NCBI RefSeq assembly: GCF_964204645.1
Contig: NC_134031.1
Location: 6,014,001 to 6,078,000, forward strand
DNA: 64,000 bases
Direction: 5' to 3'
Source of the DNA: Tubulanus polymorphus
Lineage: Eukaryota > Animalia > Nemertea
Shown: positions 1-11,505 of the stretch, piece after piece
Position numbering within the stretch: the first letter of the stretch is position 1
Layout: each line of letters begins with the position of its first letter
Made by a program: the position numbers and the translations under genes
The notes under the pieces: generated by a model
Databases searched by the model: none
What the model was told of the DNA's origin: nothing
What the model saw: only the letters and a program-made list of their open reading frames with translations

Positions 1-2274
1 AGGATACTGGGTCAAATCTTTGATTTTGGACCCCCAGCTATCGTAACGAGCCCCTGTGTATGTAGCAGGACCTAGGCTGTGATAGTGAACCGAACCGCTG
101 AAGAAGGGAAGTGCAGTGTAATAAATCATGAATGAAGAAGTAAAATACTGAATCTGATTCCATCCCGCTCCCCAGAACTCTTGTCCAACTCTTCGTTGAT
201 TTATATACTAATGACTAGTTTTTCTTTGTTTTCAAATTTGTTGCCACACATTTGTTGTATTTTGGTCCGATGAAATCATTGAGCATGCTGCCGCGATGAT
301 GTCACCTTAGGCTTTAACTAGGCTTATTGTGAAATTGTATATCAGCATAGGCTATAGGCTATATGACTTATAAAGCCATTATGGATGAATGGCAGTAGGC
401 CTACTAAGAGTACCATAGAAAGAACTATGAGAGAAAGACTGAACTAATTTTCAGTCAAACGGAATAAGGCGGGTTTCGATTTAGAGCGTAAAATGCTTTC
501 GGAACAGCAATTCTTGAGTAAGGTCGATGGAAATTGTTAACAAGCCTTGTATCAGGTTAATCGGTTTCGGTTAATGGTGATTAGGTTTAGCGGCCTAAGC
601 AAACTCGCGGAGGAGGGTAGGCGATTCCAGAATCGAGCCAGATCAAAACTTGTCTTAGTCACTGCAGTATTTCAGCAAATGGTTTGTTAGCGTTAAGGTA
701 TTATTAAGGTAACTTAGGCTACTAGCAGCTTGATTTGATAGGCCAGACTCACATGTTTGTTTGGTGAACAATCTGGGTTTCAGGTGTTTATAGTGATCTC
801 TATCTACTAGCAAAGGTATACTGGTATGCCTATTTGCGGTTAAGATTCTTATTTTACAGTTGGATACCATTTACCATCGGATCAGTGAAGATATTCTCAT
901 GAACTAAGCTTGGCCTTAGGCCGATCACGATCGCTAGGGCCTATTATACAATATTTAGAGGTGTAGGTCTTATGTTTAGTTAGTCGTTGAGAGGGAGGGT
1001 GTGCTTGAGATGATCGTTTCAAATATATCCAGATACAGTCAAACCCGCTTAATCCGGTTTTTGGTCCAATCCGGACAATATTTGTAGGCCATTTCTTTGC
1101 TAAGATATACAAAAAACGACTTTTAATCCAGATTTCCCGTAAACCGGATAAGTTTCGTTGGTCCCAAATGATTCGAATTAAGCAGATTCTACTGTATTTC
1201 GAAAACGAAAGTACGGCTCGGGTTCAACATATAGGCTAATCGTGCTACAGTTTAATTTGTTAAAATTTCGAATCGACGATTCGTCAGTAGATGACGAATG
1301 CAAGGTAGCTGGAGATAGGAGCAACTTGTCTGGCTTGAAGAACGGCGTGCGTATAGTCAAGTGTGAGTCAGTCAGGAATGTTTCCTATCAATCATTCTCC
1401 GACTCTGTAGTGTTTTGGTGCTTCGGCCTATAGCAGTCAGAGACCACGGGTCAGGATATATTGGCCGCATCATTATCGAGTGAATGTCATGGTTGAGGCA
1501 CACGTTGTTATCTCGTTTATGACGATAACTCCTAATCGAGCTATTATATTCAGACCGCTCTAGACCCCGTTATAGTTAACTATTGCATTTAAGTCTAAAT
1601 ATACTGTCGACATAGGCAAACGTGTTTGAACTTTTTACATAAATCTCAGAACTGTGGCAGTGAAAGGAATCAGGCGTATAGGGAATTATGGTGAATACTA
1701 AAAGCTCTCTAGCTTATACGCTTCTTACTAAGTATCGAAAATAGCTTACTTCAATTCGGTGTTTTTTTTATTCGTGATAAGATCTTACTCGACTGTGGAT
1801 GGTATAGATTTGTAATTCAAAAGATGATGCATATAGAATTTGTACCAAATAATGAGGAAAGAGAAAGTTAAATGAATTTAAGCTTAAGTTAGGCCTATAG
1901 GCAGCCGAGGGATCAAGGCTTTTAAATAAAGGCCTGAATTATGGTGTATGTATATAAGTCTATCTATACACATGTTCTGAATTTTTGAAATAGGTTCGTA
2001 ATAAGTAGTGAGAGGATGTTGGCCAAATTAGTAATTATGGTGGCATGACTGCAGTGACAATGTATAAGCTTTATTAGCTTTTTTTAGGCGGAAGACAGCG
2101 TTGTATCGAAACAGGAAAAGCTGGTCTTAACTATTTACAGAAGGCGCCTCCCTTGTTATGCGTAGATAGACAGTGTATAGTGATTTATTAGGAATCGTAG
2201 CGTCTTAACGCTATAGTAGGCCTCAAGAAAGGAAATGGCAGCTTTGTTGTAGGCTAGATAGTAGATCGAGGCAG

Positions 2275-2529
2275 CCCTTTTAGTGGGGACTAATTAATAC
2301 CCGAAAGTGCTAGAGATAATTTGAAAATTTGAAAAAAATTCCATCCCAGTGCGGTGTATAATTGGCACAGCGCACCTACTCCGCAGCGCGGTGTATTGCT
2401 AGATACTTACATTTCACTATGTTTGACAGGTGCCATCTTTCAATATGGATAACAACTAATGTACTAATAACACCAATACATTGCACTGCAGCGAACTATC
2501 AAAAGTCCATAACCAATTTATAGAGAAGG
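2275..2529. mobile_element. degenerate family A MITE
   Basis: Internal sequence matches 28469-28760, ends decayed; another partial copy at about 12595-12751. Confidence 0.7.
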
Positions 2530-3727
2530 TTAACTATTTATTGAGGCTTCGACTTCGTTTTGTTTGATCTGGGGATCAGATTTTCTGAAAAACGATGCTT
2601 TGTTTTTCCGACGACGTGGGGCATTGTTTGAATAACACTTGTATCGAGTGAATTACTGGATACTAGACGTATTCACACGATGTTTCATATCTGATGATAA
2701 TGATATAATTGTGCGTGTTTGACAGCTGATATAATATTCCCATTCCAATTTCTGTCTGGCTCTCTCCACCGGGGCCTGCGATGGTCTAATGAGTTAGCTT
2801 GTCTTCGGTTACAATAGCGTATATGATTATTAAAGATTAGATGACCGATGTTATGAACTGATTGAATGAATCAATTTGAATGCGTATTGAAATATCCAGT
2901 GCATATATGCCGACGATATGTCAAATTTGTAGCATATGGAATTTGATTTTTTTTTATCTCGCTCATATATAGCCTATTGCATCACATGCCGTATATGTCT
3001 ATGACTAAATCAATTATAATAATGTTGAATACTATTTTCTAACTGCTGAATGTTTTAATTAGGCCTACCTAAGATACGCTGGGTAATTTTGATAGAAGGT
3101 CGTGCGGTTTTTTAAGCAACATTATCCGTTGGACTAATCCAGCAGCGACCAAAAAGAATCTTAAGCGTCGAGCTTTATTTTACTTCCCCATTTGATAGTT
3201 CATGAGTTATTTGGTATTTCTGGAGATTCCATATGCTGTTTTATTATATATATATACCGGTATATAGGCCTATGTATAACATAAGTTTCGAGATAGTCTG
3301 AGTAAATGCAGAGACGTTTGCTGATTTGTGTACGTTTAAACATCCCCTCTGGTTATTGCTGAATCATGTTTGAACTGGGAACTATTTTTACGAGTTTTCT
3401 GTTTAAAGTACGTGTGTACATTTTTGTACGAGGTCGTAACGTTTTTATCCACGCAACAACCCTATTTTGGTAAAAATTCTGAAATGTCTGAAAAAAGAAT
3501 GCCTGAAACCCTTCATTCAAGATGAGGCAGGGGTCTAATCTTTGTGTTCGATAACGTACCATCTTTTATGTAGGATCAGATTTTGTCGAGATCCTACTGG
3601 TTGGACGGGAAGCCACAATGATCGTTTGCTCGTGAAGGCCCCGGCCCTGGAATTACGTGGCATTAGTTAATACCCTGCTAGGAGATGAATTTGATGAATG
3701 GAAACTGGGGGTTAATTCCATGCAGAC

Positions 3728-3820
3728 TTGATTTGATTGATTGATTTGATTGAATATTTGATATGATTGATTTGAATGATTGATTGATTTGGTTGATTGA
3801 TTGATTTGGTTGATTGAATT
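3728..3820. repeat. imperfect (GATT)n microsatellite
   Basis: TTGATTTGATTGATTGATT... Confidence 0.9.
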
Positions 3821-4069
3821 GGGTTATGATTTGTTCATACAAGAACCTATGTAATGTGGCCGACACCTTTGTTCAGTTGTTACATTTCCTGTAGAAGAAC
3901 TGTGTCATTTTTTGTGTGACCCTCTGCTTACTTACCACCACCCAATTCTTTACGATCCCTGTATATAGATTCCTATATTCAGTTGTTCGGCCGACGAATA
4001 CCGGCGGTACTTTTATCATCATTCTTCGTGTTCTAAGCGTTTTTTATTTTGTATATGAATTGTTTTAAG

Positions 4070-4192
4070 GAGTTTTAACGACGGCTCAACAAGCCCCCGC
4101 GCAACAACAACAACAGCAGCCACAACAACTACAAAATTGTTCGACTACCTCGTCGCGACCGACTACGATTAATAAGAAAAAACTGAAAGCAG
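4070..4192 (+). CDS. candidate ABL N-terminal exon (poly-Q, basic end)
   Basis: Open frame VLTTAQQAPAQQQQQQPQQLQNCSTTSSRPTTINKKKLKA ends in phase-1 donor G|GTGAGA, compatible with exon 21063. The acceptor (ttttaag) is weak and there is no in-frame ATG. Confidence 0.35.
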
Positions 4193-5019
4193 GTGAGACA
4201 GGTAGATTTTATATAATAACGGCTTCATCTCGTCTCATGATATCATCATCAGCTGCACCGTCAACACACAGGCTCAAATCACCGATTACTTAGAATTTAC
4301 GCGAAATTAAAAGATATTTTTTGACTTTTCGAGATGTAGAGATTTGAAGCATTTTCTTTCAGTTTTAAACTTACAATTTAAGGATGTCATCACTGTTGAT
4401 TCATCCTTTGAATCAAGGCGGCCCCTTCCATTTTTACATCCACCCCTCTGAAAATCAGCCACCCCTTAATATCTGCTGCCCCTGACCACAGAAAGAAGAT
4501 TGCGCTAAATCAAGCTTAATTTTCTGTATTTTTGGGGGGATTGAAAGCCTAGCTACTTCAGCAACCACGATGTCGAATGCAGCCCCTTGAAAATTCCAGC
4601 TTAATCAATTTATTGCTAAAGATATGTATTGTTTAATTCTACAGTCCTCCAAAATTATTTCAGTTAATTTTCATATCTCAAAAAAATTTTTCTTTCGACG
4701 ACATACATCGTGAATATCTGTTTTTTTTTTTTAAATATACAGTTAATTAGTATACATTTAATTGATTTGAGCCTCGAATAATTTCACTATCTCGTCATCT
4801 GCTGCATGTGCGTTATTCTCGTTTGTTATATTTTATTGCATGGTTTTATGTTAGATACTACGAACAACGACGACCTGTTTTTTGCTATCAATGTCTGAGC
4901 TATTTTTCCGTTGAATAAGAGCAGATAACCCCCGTACATGTCATTTTAGCCCGACCTCGTTGTTTTGTCTATTCTTCATTTTATTTAAGTTCAGTTAAGA
5001 AATATTTCATATCTACATT

Positions 5020-5488
5020 AAGCTTAGCATACATCGACAAAGCAACTGGAGACAACTAGTTGCTAGTGAGCGAGTACCCTGCTCACATCGAAAATCTAAT
5101 GAAAACCAGCAACTACATGGCTCATGCCGGTCGCTAGGTCCATAGCGCACACATCGACAGCAATTGAGATGTGTAATCTAGCAAATATTCTCAGGGCATC
5201 TCGAGTCAGGTGACAAATTGCTTTGTTTTAGTCAGTTGCAACCATGTGTTTTTGATTTATAGAGCGCCCACATCATTGGATATGACAACAACTGAGTACA
5301 ACTAGTGGCTCAAAAGTAGAACATGGGCAACTGGCTGGAACTGGAGATAGATGGACGCTAACCAGTCGTAAGCTAGCTCACATCGGCACGTTCGAGCAAC
5401 TGATTGTATCCAGCCAGGTGCTCTCATACGCTTTTAACTGCCCAGCTACTAGTTGTCTCCAATCGCCATGTCGATGCAGACTTGGCTT
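5020..5488. mobile_element. palindromic MITE
   Basis: Inverted ends containing CATCGACA..GGAGACAACTAGT / ACTAGTTGTCTCC..TGTCGATG. Confidence 0.6.
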
Positions 5489-8400
5489 TAGTTCACCACC
5501 GTGCTACCTCGGCTGGGATTCGCGCCTGACCCTCCGTCATCGAGCCTCGCCACGGTACGAAACCCTGCCCGACTAGTATGCACCTACATGCGCGACTTAG
5601 GAGGCGATGATGTCATTTTTAGCCAATCAGAAATCCTATCTCATTTAAGCCCAGGTTTTTCTGTTGGTAGTTTATCTTTGAAATTTAACTCGGCGATTAT
5701 ACAATAGCGGTCTGATTGGTGCGACAAACCTGTGCATCTACCTGCGCACCCGGTCTAGTGTGGCAGGGTTTCAAATTCCGGCTGAGGGATGATGGTTTAC
5801 TGCATGCTAAATGAAATATATGTGCTTCGATTGAGGTGGGTTTTCGAATGGGTTTTTCCCATCCATTTACTATAGGCATGTCTCGTATTGCAATCTCGGT
5901 GAGGTTGCTCCAATTCCGATGTATAAATTCCTAAAAACATCTAACTTTCGCAATTTCCAGACCTGATATTTGTTTGTTTCTCACTAGAGATCAACGTGGG
6001 TATTCATTAATTAAAAACCTTTAGAGATTTTGGCTCGATTAGATTATCCTAAGTGTCTGCGGGGGGGGGGGGGATGATGTTGTAGGACTTTAAATTCATG
6101 CCTTATATAAACTTGTGTAAACAGACCTTTCCTACCTTCGGAAAAAATACAGATTGAACCCAGCGACGGAGTGGTCTCGGGGTCCGTACCCCTGCCTTGC
6201 CATTGAGGCGGCCCTTTTTGTCAAGACAGAGATCGGAAAACCTATAAATTCGACATTCATCCTCGTAAATTGCAACCGTTCGGTTGTATTTCTTCTCTCG
6301 TGTATATTACTACTGTAGCTGCCGGGGTATAGTGTGTTCTAAGTGGAATTATTGGCTACATTTATTCGCACATCTGATGTCGATGTGGTCGACGTATACG
6401 TGGTCGGTTTCTCCGTTAGTTGCGATTACGCCGCACGTGTATTTCATTCCGTGTATTTCATTCCGGTAATCGGCGATAACATTAGTTTCTTTTTACATTA
6501 GTTTCTTTTTACAGTGTTCGTTCGATGTTTTACGGGATGATATTTGCACGAATAATTGCTGTTTGGCCGGTGTGTGTGTGTGTGTGGTTTACATGAGCAT
6601 CGATTCTGATTGTAAACCGCGTTGATAGCTGCTGTAATGAGGGTGGCCACTGACCTGGAAAACTCGGGGAATCACAAAAATCCGGGATTTTGACTGATTT
6701 TACCCACAAAAAAAACCGTAAAACTCAGGGAATTCAGATAATGCTATTGACGACATGTTTCTTTATCAATACGTGATTAAATGAAAGATGAATAAATTGT
6801 AACGTTTTAAACCTATAGATTTCTCTGATTCACTCGGGGAATTTCGTGTTATAACGTGGAAAAATTGGGGAGAACTCGGGAATTTTTTGGTAAATTGGGG
6901 GGGGGGCAATGGCGCCACCCTGCTTCTTGCCCCTCTACCTTGGTGCCTGCATTCAACCGACGGTGTCAAATCTCTGGACAACGTTTAGCGTTTGTATCGT
7001 TATTCATTGGAAGTCCCGATTTTGAAGTCCCAATTTTCGGTACATTTTAACAGTACTTGTACCTTTTCAAAAGTCCCCAGAGGTACGTTATTCGACGTTT
7101 TGACTGTATACAACGGGTAATGCCCGGCATAAACTTTCCCAGATTTGCCTGATCAGATGACTGGACCTACGGCAAAGAGGTCGGCCATTGCGAAATATTA
7201 AGCATGATTAAGCCACAAGCAGAAAAATTGGCGCAGTTTTTAAATAGAGGGAACCAATTTTGTTGGATAGGAGATGCGTGATCTAGCGAAATACGTGAAG
7301 TGTGGTATGTGCGCTTTGTTTCAGGTTTGATTAGATACATTGTGATGAAATACTTTCGAAAGATTTCCCGGCTAGTAATGCTGTAAATGGATTCCGTTTT
7401 AACGCCGATTGGAATCAGTTACCGATATTAAACGCCGCGCTGCCCTCTGCAAGTCTCCGCATGATTCTTTCATCATCGATCGAACCGGCGTGAAACACTT
7501 TACGCGATTACCTGTTTACCCGCGCGCTCGAGGTCATTCATTCATCTGCCTCCGGTATCCGTCAAGGTCAGGTGGATCCATAAGCATCGATTGATTATTC
7601 GCGGAGGAAATGACAGCTCTTCATTTTCGACGGCGGCGGTGAAACGCAATTCGGACGGACGCGATGAAATTTTGATTTCAGGAAATCCATTATTAGTCGG
7701 GGCGAGCAGATTTTTATTACAACACAAGCTTTTTTTTTTTAATCACTGAATGATGTTTTTTTTTTGAATGATAATCATGCTAGAGAAAAGTTTGCATTTT
7801 ATTTTAGGAAATTTGATGCCATTACGTATCTCACAAGTTGTCAATGAAGGTATTATCGATTTATTCATCTCTATTTCATGTTTTCGTTACGTAGCTTCAT
7901 TTCTTAAATTCCGTTTTCAAATCGTTAGTTTTAGTACACGCGGTGTATCGGTTTTTTGTTTCGTTTCGTTAAATAGTTTCCTCACCCGCCGGGTCGTAGT
8001 TCCTAGGCATAATCGGTGCCAAATACTTATATTGTCTCCTCGTCTATGCGCTGGCAAATGCCGCAGTTGTCCAACAAGATTAAAAATGAAAGCAAGTATA
8101 CGATAAACTCTGCCTTACTCAGTTGCATTGAGGCTCATAATATTTCACCCATGTCTAGAATCAGAAAAATAGCTGCCCCGCGCCGAGGAGGGCTCAGGGG
8201 TAGCAAAGGAACCCCCTAAAATTTTCAAAGTGCCCTTCAAATTTGGGTCAACATTTTTCAAAATTTAGATACAATTTTCATGTCTTTTTTAACGCCAAAT
8301 GGAAATTGAAATTATCCATTCTCAAATGATTTATTCAGGTACCCGAGCACTTCATATATAAGATGTCCTTTTTCAACAAGTGCTCCTTTTTATGGTAAAA

Positions 8401-8855
8401 AGTGCCCTTTTTGTTGAAATAGCTTGGCACAGGCCTGAATAGAACATTTATCGGCCTGTTGACCAATACAGAGTAAGGAGAGTCTACCGAATTACAATTC
8501 CCCTTGTTATACTATCAATAGTATTACCTAAGTGTTTTATGTACTAGTTACTTAGGGAGTTTAACCCTATTTTCGAAACAATGTTACAATTAAATCCATA
8601 TATTTACATCCAACACTTCAACGTATTGTTCAACTTATTAAATTCACACAAGTCGAACACCTCGAACATAGCTCGGGGTCTTATGATTTACCGGCCTGTT
8701 GACGGTCAGTTGTAAAGGACTTAGATCGACCGTAAAAAGCCTAGGGGGGAATGTTAAGAGAAACCAAATTGATTTTCGAATTTCATCAACAATACCCGTC
8801 TCGTAGATTTTTGCGCACTTGTATTTCTGTTTTGGTCTATTTGGTTCCGTAGTTA

Positions 8856-9025
8856 GGGATCATTCATTTATTACGTAGGCATGAAATTTGAATTTTTAAC
8901 CCCCCCTCCCCCTCTGTACGCAAATCGGCCATTCTTTCATATAGGCCTACATTAAGCATTACAGTACGCAATTGCACTGACTCCTCCCCCCTCCCCTAAT
9001 GCGTACGTAATAAATGAATGACCCC
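8856..9025. mobile_element. PIF/Harbinger (Tourist-type) MITE
   Basis: About 22-bp TIR GGGATCATTCATTTATTACGTA; TTA TSD. Confidence 0.8.
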
Positions 9026-9214
9026 TTAGTTGTATTTGTAAAACGTTTTTCACCATCATCATCACCACCTTCACCCGGTAGTTTAGTCATCGGTAGGTAT
9101 ACAGCACCGTGCACAATACTAGGAATTGATGTTTTTGCAGTAGACATATTCGGTTTTGAAATATTGTTTAGGGCTATTATTATCATTATCATTATCAACG
9201 GTAATAAAATATAT

Positions 9215-10015
9215 AAAGAGTCATCTTTATATAGTCGTAGTAAAATTACATTAAGGGTAATCTTCACATAAAGAGTCATCTTTGTATAGTCGTAGTAAAA
9301 ACAGTTTAAGAGTCATCTTTATATAATCGTAGCAAAAAAATAAATAAAGAGTCATCTTTATATAGTCATAGTAAAATTACATGATAAGTCAACTTCATAT
9401 AGTCGTAGCAAAAATATATATATAAAGAGTCATCTTTATATAGTCGTAGTAAAATTACATAAAGAGTCATCTTTATATAGTCGTAGCAAAAACACTTAAA
9501 GAGTCATCTTAATATAATTGTAGTAAAATTACATAAAGAGTCATCTTTATATAGTCATAGCAAAATTACATTAAGAGTCATCTTTATATAGTCATAGCAA
9601 AACAATATATATAAAGAGTCATCTTTATATAGTCGTAGTGAAATTACATAAAGAGTCATCTTTATATAGTCATAGCAAAAACACTTAAAGAGTCATCTTA
9701 ATATAATCATAGTAAAACTACATTAAGAGTTAAGAGTCATCTTCATATAGTCATAGCCAAAAATACATTAAGAGTCATCTTTATATAGTGATAGTAAAAC
9801 TACATAAAGAGTCATCTTTATATAGTGATAGTAAAACTACATTAAGAGTCATCTTTATATAGTGATAGTAAAACTACATTAAGAGTCATCTTTATATAGT
9901 CGTAGCCAAAAAATACATGAAGAGTCATCTTTATCATCTTTATGTAGTGATAGTAAAATTACATTAATAGTCATCTTTATATAATTGTCGGAAAAATACA
10001 TAGAGTCATCTTTAT
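9215..10015. repeat. minisatellite, ~37-bp unit, ~21 copies
   Basis: AAGAGTCATCTTTATATAGTCGTAGTAAAATTACAT. Confidence 0.95.
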
Positions 10016-10949
10016 AAGTATTTTTTAAGCGGAAGACGTCATCTCGATACTGATTGATGGTGTTTATTATTAACTTGACTTCCGTCTATGAGCGATTACC
10101 GAGAGGTATCTCATTATCTCTCAGAGACGTTTCATTTTAAGACGTTGATTTACTCGATACGTCGAACTGTCTGAAAGCGAATGAAATCAAACCGTCGATG
10201 TAATGAAAAAAACTAGATGAGAATTTGAATAATGGGCCATTTTCAGAAACTCTGGTCCGTAGAATTGGGCCGAAATGTCAATTTCTTCTCCAGTTATTCA
10301 TTATATATTGTGGATTTTTACTTCATTTATATTGGACAGTCACTAATTGTCTATGGAAACCTATGTGAAGGCCACTATATTCTTCTGACCATTGGTATAG
10401 ACGTTTGTGATGACATATGATGACACTACATATATTATCGTTGTCGGTTAGGTTTGAATGCCATCGAAATGATGATAGTGGGCGACTCCGAGAACATACA
10501 CGGTAATCGCTGCCATCCTTTTCTCTAGCGGGTGGCTCCAGGTGGACAGCGGTGGTTATGGAATCAGCTACTAGAATTTCCTCATTGTGTGTCTGGTTTG
10601 TTGTGATGAGACAAACCTTCTTCGAACGATTCCATTGCGCCTCTTCAGCGGTAACAACTGTTGAACGCTGTTTACTGGATCAAATACTTGACGACTGATT
10701 TCGTTGTTATTGGCAACTGCATCTTCCCCCTCTGTTGCAGCCCTGAGTTCACCACTGTGTCGCTGGTTAGTTCTCGTTATGTGAGATGATAATGGGCTTT
10801 TGACTTTGTTTTGTTTGATATCTTCTTGAGGATATGAAAATATCCCCACTTACATGAAATAATATGGATCTCGCTCCATACTATACGTAGCTGAAGCAAT
10901 TTACGTGAGTCTGACCACAGCTAAAAAAATGGTGCAGTCACAGTGTGTG

Positions 10950-11505
10950 GTGCACTTGTTGCTAGTATAGGTTGGACACATTGTACTTGCTGCCAGTGCG
11001 TGGCGTACTTGTCCGCTAGTGTGGGTTGGACACAGTGTACTTGTCACCGGTGTGCGGCGTACTTGTTGCTAGTGTGGGTTGGACACAGTGTACTTGTTGC
11101 CAATGTGCGACGTACTTGTCGCTAGTGTGGGTTGGACACAGTGTCCTTGTCGCCGGTGTGCGGTGTACTTGTCCGCTAGTGTGGGTTGGACACAGTGTAC
11201 TTGTCGCCGGTGTGCGGCATACTTGTCGCTAGTATAGGTTGGACACAGTGTACTTGTCGCCGGTGTGCGGCGTACTTGTCGCTAGTGTGGGTTGGACACA
11301 GTGTCCTTGTCGCCGGTGTGCGGCTTACTTGTCGCTAGTGTGGGTTGGACACAGTGTACTTGTTGCCAATGTGCGACGTACTTGTCGCTAGTGTGGGTTG
11401 GACATAGTGTACTTGTGGCCGGTGTGCGGCGTACTTGTTGCTAGTGTGGGTTGGACACAGTGTACTTGTCGCATGTGTGTGGTGCACTTGTTGTTAGTGT
11501 GTGGT
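10950..11505. repeat. minisatellite, ~53-bp unit, ~10 copies
   Basis: GTACTTGTCGCTAGTGTGGGTTGGACACAGTGTACTTGTCGCCGGTGTGCGGC. Confidence 0.95.

Noticed and set aside
5322-5360. ATG GGC as a myristoylated ABL first exon (also 10232)
   Set aside because: The first is a short frame inside a MITE; neither has an NxFxEH-like end or a suitable donor
10943-11505. Cys-rich repetitive ORFs, or a CRISPR-like array
   Set aside because: Head-to-tail 53-bp minisatellite with no unique spacers, in a eukaryotic context with no cas genes; the same applies to 9215-10015
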